Program-made: the position numbers and the translations under genes
Notes under the pieces: generated by a model
What the model was told of the DNA's origin: nothing
The model's input: only the letters and a program-made list of their open reading frames with translations
The model's database searches: none
NCBI RefSeq assembly: GCF_008831285.2
Contig: NC_045138.2
Coordinates: 6,200,001-6,264,000, forward strand
Direction of reading: 5' to 3'
Origin: Nymphaea colorata
Lineage: Eukaryota
DNA length: 64,000 bases
Part shown: positions 1 to 13,098 of the stretch, one piece after another
Position numbering within the stretch: position 1 is the first letter of the stretch
Layout: each line of letters begins with the position of its first letter

Positions 1-217
1 TGTCTCCAGAACATAAGGACATTTTCCTTTTCAAAAATAAGGAACCACCAATTATTTCTTCCTTTCAGTAAGCTTCAAGTAATAATTTTCTATCTTGCAC
101 TCTTCTTATCAACATTTGATACCGAACAAAATTCTTAAGTTCAATTGTCTAGGTTATTAAAACATACAATACCAATGAACAACATAGTTGCCAGCACATA
201 TAAATAGCATAATATAC

Positions 218-369
218 CTGCCATGCAATACGATCAAGATTGAGTGTAAGCAAGAGCGTTTTGGCACCAAGACGAGCAGATGCAAGCGCTGCTTCACACC
301 CTGCGTGCCCTCCCCCTACTACAATCACATCATACCTTTCTTCAGTTGCTGGATCCTGTGTGGACCAAC
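218..369 (-). CDS. gidA: GidA/MnmG exon 2 (FAD-binding N-terminus); gene continues beyond the left edge
   Basis: [39 protein letters not shown] is the canonical GidA/MnmG Rossmann motif. Acceptor TTTCAGCAG| and donor CAG|GTATAT at 218/217. Confidence 0.93.
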
Positions 370-1027
370 CTGCTGAAATCCACAAATGAGCCAACCTGTG
401 TGTCCATGACTCTAGGGAAAGCAAAACCAATCTCCCATAAACCCTATTATCGCAACTTGAAAGAAGAAAAGGCCTACTTGGGAATTGGTATTTCCTAAAT
501 GTGTAATTTCCTCTGTACCAAAAACGTAGAGCATTTAGAAGGGGAAGAGAATATCAAAAGGCATGAGACTAAACTATTATCTACAAAAGAAACTGAAGTT
601 GTAATACATGCCATAATTCAGAAATGTACTGGACAATATCGAAAGGATAACACAAGAGCATCCATTAACATGTTTTAGTCACACCAAACGTTTTTCAAGA
701 CCAAGGAACTTTTTCATGCGATAGGTTTCGATTTAGAGCTTCATTACGGCTACTTTTCGCACTTTGTACATTACGCTTTTGCCAAATTCGTCGGCTTAGC
801 CTCGCAGGAAGACCAACAAGAGACTCGTTCAGTCGTTTTAGAAAACAGATGCTATAAAAGCCACAAGATAAATCAAACTCTTCTTGATTGAGACCAAAAA
901 ACGTCGACGAAAAACAAAGAAATGGGTTTAACTAAAAATTGTCAAAAAATGTCAACGATAAAGAACTCGTCGTGCTTTAAGATAAAAAACGTATAAAGTG
1001 TCGACCAGAAGAGAAAGGAAGCGCCAC

Positions 1028-1244
1028 CGTTGGTAGGAGAGCTCGAAGTAGATGCAACAACGCGAAAACGTCTACGACAATTCAGTGAACTCCAACAGAG
1101 TTTAGGAGCAAAACCATCGGCGACACCATGGTTCCCGGACTTCCGGGGACGGAGCGTCCCGAACAGACGGGATGAGAGAGGGGGAGGGGTGAAGTAGGAG
1201 GAGGTACAGAGCCTCAGAAGATGGTGGGATACAAGAGAAGCCAT
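1028..1244 (-). CDS. gidA: GidA/MnmG tRNA U34 modification enzyme, exon 1 (organellar transit peptide)
   Basis: ATG at 1244. Ser/Arg-rich, acidic-poor N-terminus (MASLVSHHLLRLCTSS...RRRFRVVASTSSS) typical of a transit peptide. Proposed phase-1 donor G|GTGGCG at 1028/1027 keeps frame with exon 2; donor position is inferred. Confidence 0.75.
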
Positions 1245-1938
1245 TGGAGAACGTTTGGTCTATCTAAGGTTAGGCCATTGAGAGGTAAAATGGGGAGCGT
1301 GAATTTGGGAGAGAGAAAGGCCGAGGGAAGGAGAGAGGCCCTTCCCGCCTGCGGAGAGTGTGTGGGGGGAATTAGGCCGCCGGTGTCCCAAAAAAAAAAA
1401 AAAGCGGCTCCGATAATGGTACGAACATTAATTTCATAATCGATTTGTATCTGAATAAAATAGTCCGCTTTCTAAAATAAAAAGGATTTTTCCTTTTTAC
1501 CTGACTCTTTAATTGTTACTTATAATTTAAAAAATTGCTTATGAAAATCATCTCTCTTGCAAATTTCTAATATCATATTTTTCATAAAAGATTCAAGGAA
1601 CTAAAAAAATAATATTAGTTAAAATAATAAAATTATATAGCTTAGAAGGTAATATTAAAAACAAAAGAATGGAAATTAGCCGGCTGTCAAATGTTATGTG
1701 ATGACTAAATGTTTATAAACTGTCGCGACAAGAGTTTACTGACTATTAATGGTGTTTTTAACGATCCTCCATTAAAAGCAAGGGGCAAATTAACAAACGC
1801 TCCCTTCAAGTCTTTGTTATAAAGTTCTCATGAAAAGGGAGATTTTTTTTTAACGCATTGCTGAAAGTAGTTTCTCAAGTAACCTCAAAAACAGAAATTT
1901 TCTTGCAACAAATTTCATATCAAATCAGTAACCAAATT

Positions 1939-1940
<2 letters not shown>

Positions 1941-1997
<57 letters not shown>
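1941..1997. repeat. (AT)n microsatellite
   Basis: Perfect AT dinucleotide run. Confidence 0.97.
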
Positions 1998-2001
<4 letters not shown>

Positions 2002-3195
2002 GGCATAAATTTGCTGTTAGTAAAATAAGATACATATCTGATTATGAAAGGCGTCTCAACCTTATTTGGTATTTTATTTTTTCATATTTAAATATAATAC
2101 AGTCGAACTAGGTTTCGTTAAAATGTTATACCCAATGATTCCAAACCAAATCCTGAAGCACCTCATGAATTTTAAAATATCATATTACTATATTTCTAAT
2201 CCAACTTTAGTATACACATGCCATTCCTATAGTTGGTTCGATAAGAATCAAACTATAAATTCCAAAATTTGATATTTATATAGAGATGAATCAACATTTG
2301 AAAAAAAAAATCAAGGAAACGCCACAGTTTAGTGGCTAAAATGAGCAATTTTCACGTGAAGATTCTTATCTAAACAACCATGTGAATTACATTTTTTTTA
2401 TCCAACTTGATTAAACACATACCTGCCACTTGTACGGTTGATTCGATAAGAACACTCAACCTGTAAATTCCGAATTATAATATCTATATAGAGCTGAACT
2501 AACTTTTAGAAAATCAAACTTCAAGAAAATGCCACAGTTTTAGCTGATAAATAAACGATTTTTCACGTTAACATTCTAGTTATATTTGCAAGGTCACATC
2601 TGGCTAAAGCAGCCCCAAAACATTGCAGTTCAAAATTCAATTTTAATCTAATTTTGAATATATAAGCTTTTACTGGTGGTGTATTGTAGGCTATGTGAAG
2701 ATGATACATGGATATATATTTGGTGTAGGTTTTTTTATTACAATTAATTATATTTATATATAATATGATATTTTTTATATCATATATATAATAATCCGGC
2801 CGGGCCAAGCACGGGCTGGAGCCTGCAACAAGCACGGGCAGCGGCCCCACCCTAGCTTGATTTCTTATCGAGCCAGGTAGACCCAATGCCCTGCCCTTTT
2901 ATATCTTCTTTTATTGCACATAAGGCCTCCTCCCTTGCATGTTACATAGCTTGGGTGAACATGTAAAGAAAACAGAGTGATGGCGAACATAGGAGTTTGC
3001 ATTAGCACTTAAGGTTATGTTCAAGGAGGTCCACATGTTTTTATAGGTGGAGTCAATATATAATTTTTAAAATTGTTGATAGGATCAAAGCAAAATTTTT
3101 AGAAATTTTGTATAGCAAAATTTCATTTTTAAAAGCGCAAGGAGGGCCATGGCCCCTGCCAAAATGCCCTAATTAACCCCAGTGAGGTTCAAGAT

Positions 3196-3345
3196 GGGCT
3201 GGCTTAACTTGAGCTCGACTCATTTATGTACTCTTCATTTCTCAACTCAAACTCAACTTGTTTGATAAACGAGTTGAGCTGATATCAAGTTTATCGAGCA
3301 AGTTCGAGTTGAACTCGAGTTAGCACGACTTGTTGAACAGCCCTA
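3196..3345. mobile_element. Fragment of a non-autonomous hAT-like MITE (right end)
   Basis: Repeated GAGCTCGA/CTCGAG subterminal motifs ending in GAACAGCCCTA; its reverse complement resembles the TAGGGTTGTACA end at 20922. Confidence 0.5.
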
Positions 3346-3559
3346 CGAACTTTTGATAAGTTCAAACATTAGAGGGTATTTTGTTTAAGTAACACACTAT
3401 TTGAAGGACATTTTGTTCATGGAAACATGTCGTTTCTACCCTGAACTTCCCACTACCTATGGACGAAGTGCATGAAATAGCAAAATTTCGGTTTTTGTTG
3501 GAAATAGATTTTTAAGAAAAAGAAACCTGCCCATAACAGGAGGGTCAACCATTTTGCCA

Positions 3560-5650
3560 CCATTAACAGGGGTAATCGATCCAAGCTCTAAGTTTTCTAA
3601 ATTTTTGACAAGTTATTTTTCCTACATACACTTACATGGATTGGATTTTGGATTTTGGAGTTGATTTTGAACAAAACTTGAATTTGATTTGAGAAATTGG
3701 GATTTTAATTTAATCCTGGATTTGAACTTTGATTTGGTCCAAATTTGGCATTTTGGAAATTGAGAATTTGGATTTTGTATGAAATTGAGGATTGTTAAAT
3801 TTTGAATAGAATTGAGAATTGAAATTGGATTTTTGAATAGGATTGGGAGTGAAATTGAATTTTTGAAATTGAGATTAGACATTGAAAATTTGAGGTTTGG
3901 GTCAGATTTTAGATTTTGACTTAAAAATTCTTGAATTTGGAACTTGTTTTTGGAACAGAATGTTGGTTTTGGAATTTTTGAAATTTCTAGGCTTGTAATG
4001 GTCAGAAATCGACCAATATTTTTGGATCTTGAACTTGCTTTTTTGAAAGTCTTGGGAAAACTTGATAACATTTGATTGGTAAGATTGAAAAGTTGGATTT
4101 TAGGATTCTAAGTCTAGTTCTCAAGAATTGTCTTGTTTTTAAGAAACTTGATTTTGGGAGTTCTTACCAAGATCATAAAAATTTACTTGATTTGAGTTTG
4201 ATTTTGTCTTGGTTTTGAGGAAAATCCAATCATGGTTTTGAAATTGATTTTGGAAATGTAGGTTTTACAACCGAAATAAGTGATGTGCTCAAGTTTTTGT
4301 CCAAATATGACTTGGTGATGGTAGCGACTCTGACTTGACTCACTTAGATTTTGCAAAAGTGAGTGGGAGGTCTTGTGACGTGAGTGCATACATGCATTTA
4401 TAAACTACATGCACATTCATGTTTCACTCTCTTTCACTCCGTGTGTAGTTTTAATTGATCTTCACATGGATGTAAGTCCACCTTATAGGTGGAAAATGTA
4501 TGATGTCCTCGAAGCCTAGTCTTGATGTCAACAAAAGCATTTGGAGTTAATGGTCCATGGGCTTAAGTTTTGGTTTTGAAAATGAGATTTCAAAAACAAA
4601 TTTTGGTTAGAGCATAGGAGAAGACAAGTTTGAGTAATCAAGACCCGTCGCTTGGAAAATTGGAGATTTTGAGAAAAACTTTCTCTTTGAAGGAGGAAGT
4701 TCTCATTTGTGAGTTCTTCTAGAATTTTGGTTTTTGAATTTGATTTGAAAATAAGTTTTAATTTTACAAGTTGATTTCTATTGGTTTCCTAGATCAAGAA
4801 CCCATCATTTGAAAGTTATATGAATTGGATTTAGAGAAATTCTCCAAGTTTCTCTAGATTGATGTTTTTGGAAAACCAATTTTGAGTTGGAACTAGATAT
4901 AAAAATAGCTTGATTTGAGAAATAACTAGTGGCTTGTATTGGTTTTGGAAAGGATTGACTATTTGGAAATGCATATTTCCAAACTAATTTGGTGAGAATC
5001 TAATTTCTCTAGTGGTTTTAGATTTGGCCAAAACACTTGTTTTGTATCTAGGGATTTCTTTTGAAACCCTACTAGATGAATTTGTTAATGGTTGATCTTC
5101 AAAATTATTGAGATTTCTGGAAATTTCAGAAATGAGATTAGATGAAGTGATTCCATCTTACTTGATTTGTTTCATTTTAAAATGGATCATACTCATGGAT
5201 CGAGTAGATCCAATCCTTGGTGGAACGGTTTTGGCAAGGTTGTGAGATCCAAATCTATTTCGCATTCAAGAGATCATCCATGCTTCCTTCCTCTCTTTCT
5301 TTCTTTGCATTCATTCATTCAATCACATAGATGAATGGATGACATTTTTGCGCAAACCATGGTGGTATTCCTCCAATGTTACACGAGTGGGATCTCTCTA
5401 AGTCAGGTTTTGAGAAATATCATTTTCTAATTTTTGTTTTGAAAACAAAATGTTAGCTCAAATGGGTTTGGATGATCAAGGAAATGCATGTAGATATGCA
5501 TTAGCTTGTATACTTTCTTCGTACGACTCAGCAAGACATCATCCCAGCTTTTTTGAAATATAAGAAATCCCAACCCAAACCCACGATTTGTTTGTCATTT
5601 CCATTCATCATTCATTCATCATTCACGTGAAGATGCACGTCCACCATTTC
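3560..5650. repeat. T/G-skewed low-complexity repeat, probably an LTR/UTR relic of a large retroelement
   Basis: Dense TTTTGG/TTTGAA motifs with strong strand skew and no recognisable protein; family not identified. Confidence 0.3.
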
Positions 5651-6450
5651 CAGCAAGTTAACATTTTAAGAAAATGCCACAGATCATGAAGATTAGAATG
5701 ATCAAATGAGGCATAAAAGTTGCTGTTTTAGAACAGCAAAAGAGATGTCATTTTGCGTTAGGTAGCTTGGCAAATACCCCAAGCCACAACACTGGTTAAG
5801 GTCTAGACCATGGTGACGAGTCACCAATATTTGGAAAGCTAAAAATTAACTAAAACCCATTGGTTTGGGTGCTAGGGAGTCAAAAAAACAAGGGCCTTTG
5901 AACCCTGGTTTTCATCTTGCTGGATAGAGGAATCGGCCTCACCAAGGCTGCTGCAAAGTAGGCCATAGTGGAGTCGGTCTGACCACTCTAGCAGCCAGCC
6001 GCTTTATAGCTACTAAAGTAGGTCCAATGCTCTTTTTTTTTTTGAGAAAATTGAGACATGCATGACAATATAATTCATTAACATGCAAGTTGGAGAGGTA
6101 GCTGACCTTAATTGCCGGAAAAACTGAGGTGATAACGAGCTAAAATGCTGTCGGAAACATGACAGAACAAGGGTAACAAGCTGGACTTGATGTTAAGACT
6201 GAAATTGACTTGAGCAAGCTGTTGAGAATCTCCTCGGCGTCCTCCATGCCACTGAAAAGATCCTCGCTGCTCCGTTGCATTCGTCACCCATCGATCATTC
6301 AACGTGTTGATCATCGTGTTTTTTCTTCTTGCGTCATTACTTGCATTTGCTTGTCGTGATTGTTGGTAAGAGTGCAAAAGAGAAGCCTGCAAGGTAAAAT
6401 CTGCACACAATTTGTTCGACAAAATTTTTGTAGAAAATTTTTTGTTCATT

Positions 6451-9400
6451 ATGGCTAATGGCATGACCACTTCGAATATTTTTCAATTGCTCATACCTGT
6501 ATTTAATGGTGATAATTATGGATTTTGGAGCATAAAAATAAAGAATTTCTTTTTGTCACAACATCTTAGGGATCTAGTTGAAAATGACTATATAGAAAGT
6601 GGAGAGAGCTCCGAACAAGGAGAAAAGACAGTTGAATCAAGAGAGCAACGAAAGAAGGATTCAAAAGCCTTACTTGTTCTTTTACAAGCTGTAAGTGAGA
6701 TTATCTTTTCTCGAATTGCTAGTGCTACTAGTTCAAATGAAGCTTAGACTATTCTCAAGCAAGAATATCACAGTGATAAGAACGTAACGACAGTGAAACT
6801 CCAAACCCTTCGTAAAGAGTTTGAAACATTGTTTATGAAAAACAATGAATCAGTCCAAGATTTTTTTTCAAGAGCTTTCATAATTATAAATGAGATGAAA
6901 ACCTTTGGAGAGGTTGTCAATAACCAGACAATTGTAGAAAAAATATTGAGTTTACCGCTTAAATTTGATCATGTGGTTACAACTATAGAAGAGTCTAAGG
7001 ATTTGACTGCATATTCTGCTAATGAATTATTAGGTTCTCTTAGCCCATGAACAAAGAATGAATAGGTCAGTTGAGAAAAGTGTAAAACAAGCATTCCAAG
7101 CCCAAGTCAAGTTGGATGACTTTAGCAAAGAGAGAAAGGGAGCAGCTGTACTAAAGAATGCATGTCGCGGGCGAGGTAGAGGTAACTACCGTGGACGTAG
7201 ACGAGGAAGATTTGAGGCAGGAAGAAAAAAGTTAGAAGGAGGTGACACAAACAATAAAAAACACGGCCACAAAAATAGGTATTGTGTTTTCTGTAGAAGA
7301 AATGGTCATATTGAAGCATACTATTGGGATAAAACAAAACAACAAGCTAATGTAGTGGAAGAGAAAGCAGAAGATGGTAATTTGTTTTTTACTCATACAG
7401 AGTCAAAAGAAAATATTGATCATGTATGGTTTTTAGATAGTGAGTGCAGTAATCATATGATAGGAAAGAGAGACTTGTTTCGTGACATTGATGAATCGGT
7501 GAAGCAACAAGTTCGACTTGGAGACAACAAAAAGGTGCAAATTGATGGTAAAGGCACAATTGATATACCAATTAAAGATGATACTAAAAGGTTGATACAT
7601 GATGTTTACTATATACTTGGATTAGCATATAACTTGCGAAGTGTTGGACAGTTAGCATAAAAAAGATATTTGATTTCATTTTATGATGATGTATGTGAAA
7701 TAAAAAAGAAATGTTCTAACATGTCATCTATAGTAGTGCACATGACAAAGAACAAAATGTTTCCAATCAAGCTTTCACACTTTGATGCATATGCCTTAGT
7801 TACAGACATGAATAAAGTGTCTAAGTTGTGACACTTAAGATATAGACACTTGCACTACAATGGACTAAAGTTATTGGGGCATAAAAAATTAGTTGTTGGT
7901 TTACCTTGTCTTATCAATAATGAAGATATTTGTGAAAGATGTGTGTATGGAAAACAACATCGTCTTCCATTTCTAGTTGGAAAAGCATGTAGAGCGAAAG
8001 CTCCTTTAGAATTAGTGCATGCTGACATTTGTGGATCACGCATGAGTTGAGTGTTTTTTCTTGTTGAAAAATCTGAAGCCATTGAAAAATTCAAGGGATT
8101 TAAAGTTTTTTGCAGAAAAAGAACGTAGGTGACCTATAAAAATATTTTGTACTGATAGAGGGGATGAATTTCTGTCAAATGATTTCAAAATTTTTTGCAA
8201 ATTACATCGTATACATAGATAGTTGACAGTAAGAAAAACTCCCCAGCAAAATGGAGTTGCTGAAAGGAAAAATCGCACAGTTGTAGAAATCGCTCGTAGC
8301 ATGTTGAATGAGAAACATCTTCCAAATGAGTTTTGTTCTAAAGCAGTGGCTACAGCTGTGTATCTTTTCAACACATCCCCAACCAAAACAGTCCGCAATA
8401 TGACTCCATATGAAGCATGGTGGGAGAAAAAACCTGATGTAAGTAATTTAAAATTTTTTGGATGCATCGCCTACTCTTTGCTTGATTCTAATAGTCGAGA
8501 CAAAATTGACAAAAAGAGTGAGAAATGCATTTTTGTGGGTTATAGTAATAATTCAAAAGGTTATAGACTATACAATCCGATAATAAAGTCTTTAATCATT
8601 CAACGTGATATCATTTTTGATGAGAATAGATCATGGGAGTTGACAACAATAGAATACAAACATATTCCATTTGTTAAATCAACTTCTCACTCAAATGCAT
8701 CATCGTCAAGTGCTACTCTTTCAAAAGAGACCAATTCAGATAATGAAGATGTCGAAATAACTACAACAAGAAAGGTACGATCTCTACATGACATATATGC
8801 TTCTTGTTTATTTGCTTTTATGGTAACTGAACCATCATGTTATGAGGAAGCATGTGGTAAAGAAGAATGAGAAAAAATAATGCAAAAAGAGATTGATACT
8901 ATTAAGAGAAATGATATATGGCAACTGGTAGATTTGTCACAGGAAAAAGAACCTATAAGTGTGAAATGAGTTTACAAATTGAAGTATAATGTCGATGGAG
9001 ATGTGCAAAAATACAAGGCTAGACTAGTCGTCAGAGGGTATGTACAAAAATATGACATTGATTATTTTGAAACTTTTTCTCCTGTTGCTCGTTTTGAGAC
9101 TATTACACTAGTATTGACACTAGGAAGTCACTTAAAATGGAAGGTATTTCAATTTGATGTCAAGTCTATTTTTTTGAATGGTGCTTTAGAAAAAGATGTA
9201 TACGTACATCAACCACAGGGCTTTGTGTCATAAGTAGACTGGAGAAGAAAGTGTATAAGTTGAAGAAAGCCATTTATGGCCTCAAGCAAACATCAAGAGC
9301 ATGGTATGGGAGACTTGACACATATCTTCACAGAAATGAGTTTCAACATTGTGAGAATGAATCCACATTATACTTGAAAAATGAAGGTATTGACATGCTT

Positions 9401-10368
9401 GTGGTATGTGTTTATGTAGATGACATTATCTACATGAGATCAAGTGATGTGCTCATTCAAAAATTCAAGGACAGTATGATAAGTGAGTTCGAAATGTCAG
9501 ATTTGAGTTTATTGCATTTCTTTCTTGGTCTTCAAGTTGTCCAAACAAATAATGACATTTTTATCTCTTAAGAAAAATATGCATTAAGCATACTTAAGAG
9601 GTATAAAATGTTAGATTGCAAGTCGTGTTCTATTCTAATGAACGTACGTGAAAAATTGACTTTGTCTAATGGGACTACTAAAGCCAATGAAACAATGTTT
9701 AGAGGTCCAGTTGGTAGCTTGTTATATTTGACTCATACATGATCAGATAGTTTATTTGCTGTTAGCTTGATATCCAGGTTCATGCACAATCTATCATTAC
9801 ACCATCTGGAGGCAGCAAAACATGTTCTACGTTACATCCGTGAAACTACTGAATATGGAATTTGGTATAAATCAGATGTTTGTTTTAACTTACTTGGTTA
9901 CACTGATAGTGACTGGGCAGGAGCTGTAGATGATCGAAGGAGCACAAGCGCTTATGTTTTTACACTTGGATCAGGTGCTATATCATGGTGTTCAAAGAAG
10001 CAAAGTACGACGACATTATCAACTTCTGAAGCAGAGTATATTGCTGCATCTGCAGCTACTTGTCAGGCAATTTGGATGCATCGAGTTTTGGAAGATCTTG
10101 GTCAAAGTCAAACTGAAAGAACACCAATCCATTGTAACAACAAGGCAACTATAGCAATGACAAGAAATCCGATTTACCATGGATGGACAAAACATAATGA
10201 ACTTCGTCATCATTCCATTCATGAGATTGTTGGTAAAGGTCAAATCGTGTTGAAGTATTGCTCAACCAATGAGGAAGTTGCGGATGAGTTTACTAAGGCA
10301 CTTTCATATGCAAAATTTGTGAAGTTTTGGTCTCACCTTCGTGCTTCAAACTTTGCATTAAGGGGGAG
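6451..10368 (+). mobile_element. Degenerate Ty1/copia internal region (gag-protease-integrase-RT-RNaseH) with stops and frameshifts; no 5' LTR adjacent
   Basis: gag DNYGFWSIKIK and KLQTLRKEFE; degenerate knuckle CVFCRRNGH; protease WFLDSECSNHM; integrase PQQNGVAERKNRT; RT KYKARLVVRGY and YVDD; RNaseH GYTDSDWAG...STSEAEYIA; copia domain order; PPT TTAAGGGGGAG at 10358-10368. Confidence 0.95.
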
Positions 10369-10638
10369 AAATGAAAGTTAATGCAAAAAAAGTTAAAAAC
10401 ATGAGCATGTCTTTATGAAGAAGGTGAAGGGTTCAACTTTTGGGTTCCCCAAAAGTTCCATTGTGTGTTCAAAGATTTCTTGTTGTGTGCTTAATCCTTG
10501 CTGCCTTGTGTCATGCCTAGGTGACCACTTGAAGAAACAAGTGGTGGATTAGTTGTTGTGTTGCTCTTGTGTTATATTCGTGTCATTTACAGGAGCACAA
10601 GAAGAAGACGTGCAGGCCGATCATTCCTTTAGGTAACA
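10369..10638 (+). mobile_element. 3' LTR of the copia element (~270 bp)
   Basis: Follows the PPT, ends ...GGTAACA, and is followed by CCCTT (putative TSD). The first ~100 bp match 39114-39213. Confidence 0.75.
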
Positions 10639-10665
10639 CCCTTGCCTCATGAAAATCAAACTCAC

Positions 10666-10827
10666 CCCTGCGCATCTATATTTCAACCTTCGTATTTTGC
10701 TTGATGCCATAGATCATCTCCTGATCAAATCTATGCATCTTTGCCTCTCCACCATAGGTAACCATCACTCTCTCCCTCTCTCATCGTTGTTTGTCTGCTG
10801 TGAAGAGAAGCCTTGCAAAGCAGCCAT
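10666..10827 (-). pseudogene. Unidentified 162-nt exon-like segment, copy 1 (MAALQG...; two internal stops)
   Basis: ATG to consensus donor GGG|GTGAGT; paralogous to 36906-37067 and 53003-53164. Confidence 0.4.
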
Positions 10828-11055
10828 CGTTTTGTGTAGGTTTGTGAAGGTGGAGGAGTGATCCTGGAAGAGTGAAGGCCTTTTGTGCAGGCTTGTGAGA
10901 GAATGAGAGGCAGTTCTCTTTTTTGGTCATAGTCAACTATTTCAACATAAGGGTTTTCAAGCTCTATTAATGGTGAAGGTGAGCTTTTGGCCCTTTCCCT
11001 CCCCGTTTTCTTGTTTAGGATATGATATTCATCAACGAAAATTCGTTTATTCTTA

Positions 11056-11458
11056 TCTGCTAAAACTTTTTCCTCATCATTGCCACCATGTCAGTTTCTG
11101 TATTCAGATAAACCCTATTTTTTCCATTTTGTGCCTGTACTCTGTACACCTGGGTCTTTTATGTTTGCCTTCTTTCTCCCACACTGTCCTCCTCTTTCTT
11201 GGATCAAGCAGTTCCAGATTTTCCATCTCGATCTGAGAATTTTCGGGAGGGATTTCTAGCCATTGGTTGGATCGTACCTAGCTCATTCCCCCTTTCCCGT
11301 TTTTCTGGAACCGTTTGATCCAAGAAAGAGGAGGGCAATGTGAGAGAAAGAAAGCAAGTTTTTATGTACTGAGTACATGCAAAAAATGGAGAAATTAATG
11401 TTTACTTGATTACAAAAACTGATGATGGTGACGATGATGAGGGAAAACTTGTAGCAGA
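11056..11458. repeat. Inverted repeat family HP1, copy 1 (arms 11056-11218 / 11304-11458, ~85-nt loop)
   Basis: e.g. CTCCTCTTTCTTGGATCAAGCAGTTCCAGA pairs with TCTGGAACCGTTTGATCCAAGAAAGAGGAG. Confidence 0.9.
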
Positions 11459-12190
11459 GGACATTTTATTTTGAGGCTGCGTTCTAGGGGTTGGGGCATT
11501 TCTAGGAAGGATGACCTTTTGTTCTTCTTGGACAGAATGATGCTTTGTCCTCAATTGTCTTCTAGCGAGACACATGTTTTCAGAAACAAAATCTCATTGA
11601 AACAGTGTTTTAATCAAACCAGATGCCCTCTTAGGAAGACAACAAACAATTAGAAGGAGATGCGACATAGATAGCTATGGGAATTAAGCCTAGAAAATGG
11701 CTTCCTCTTCACCAAGTAGCTTTAGGCACGTCTAGGGGATGGAAGGTGACTCCCTTCATTGTCAAAGGCTCAAACAAGGGCCAGCATCACACAGTGTCTA
11801 TTTTGGTGAGGACAATCAGAGCAATTTTGAAGATAAAGCATTGAAGCAGGTTACCTGAGAAGCCAACAACTGTAGGGAATGTGGACTTCTATTTATAGAT
11901 AAGAACAAACATTGGTTGAATGGGGTGAAAGGAGTGTTAGAAGCTTGCTGCCATAGCCAATAGATCATATAGAGTTCAGATTTCTAATGTTAACTCTGCT
12001 CTTGGCACGACTACTCTTTTGGCCAACAACCTGTAAGGTTTCTGCAGTGTATTATTTATTGATGTATTTGTGTATGCTATTCAGCTCCTTCTTGGGTTTC
12101 CATTTTGATGTTAGTGGTAACCAAGTTTTTGTTGTGCATACAATCTTTGATTAAGAAGGTATGGTGGCCATTTGCCCCCACAGATTCCTC

Positions 12191-13098
12191 GCAGAAAGGA
12201 GGATCAGATCATCAATGGCCATAGTGGGGAGACAGAATGACTTGTTGTCATTCGTAGTGTTCTCTCCTTCGGTATTCAAGCCCTCCTTCTCTTTGTGTGC
12301 ATGTGTTTGTCTATTTGATAAGAGCGCCCCTGCCGACAACATTTGGGAGAGAGAAGGGCATGTCCTCTGCTTTCCGTTCTCTTTCTTCTTTCTTTGTATA
12401 TATTTTTTTCCATTCCCTTTCCTTTGTACTTTTTCTCTTATTCTCCCTCCCTCTCTCTTCCTTCTTGAACACCTCCCGCTCTCTTCCTTCTTGTTGTTCA
12501 AGGGGATAATAAGCAATGGCATCATAGAAAACACCTCATATTAAGCATGTTGTTGAGGCCCACCTTAAAATCATTTTTCTCTTTTTCAGCTCCCCTTTTT
12601 CTCTATTTCTTTTTGGCTATTTCATTATTCCCTCTATCACTAACACACATGATATATGTACATAGTGAGAGAGAAATTGGTATATGGAATACAAAAAGAA
12701 ATAGAAAAGGTGGCTCAAAAAGATAGGTCATAAGGTGGTCACTACAGCATGCATAGCATGAGGTCCATATGACACCATTGCTCATTATCTGCTTAAGCAA
12801 GGAGAGAGAAGAAAGAGAGAGAGAGAGAGAGAGGGTGAGAAAGGAATTAGAGAAAAAATACGAAGGAAAGAGAACACAAAAAATATGAAGAATGAAAAGC
12901 AGAAGAATGAGAACAAAAAGAAGAGGACGTGCCCTTCTCTCTCAACTGCTGCCAACAAGTGGCGCTCTTCTCACACAAATGCATATAAACAGAAACAGGA
13001 GGAGGGCCAAAGTACTGGGGGAGAGAATAGTGCGAATGCTGAGAAATCATCCTCTTTCCTTGTTGTGGCTGTTGATGATCTGGCAATCCTTCTCTCTG
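12191..13098. repeat. Long imperfect inverted repeat family HP2, copy 1 (centre ~12655)
   Basis: CAGATCATCAATGGCC pairs with GGCTGTTGATGATCTG; GAGAGAGAAGGGCATGTCCTCT with AGAGGACGTGCCCTTCTCTCTC; AGCAATGGCATCATA with TATGACACCATTGCT. Confidence 0.85.

Noticed and set aside
370..430. N-terminal extension of the 149-430 ORF and read-through tail of the 942-1244 ORF
   Set aside because: Intronic read-through past the splice sites of gidA
3622..4071. 149-aa K/N/S/I-rich ORF
   Set aside because: Product of low-complexity skewed repeat DNA; no recognisable domain
8036..8467. Antisense ORFs over the copia integrase and RNaseH
   Set aside because: Shadow frames of the retroelement pol gene
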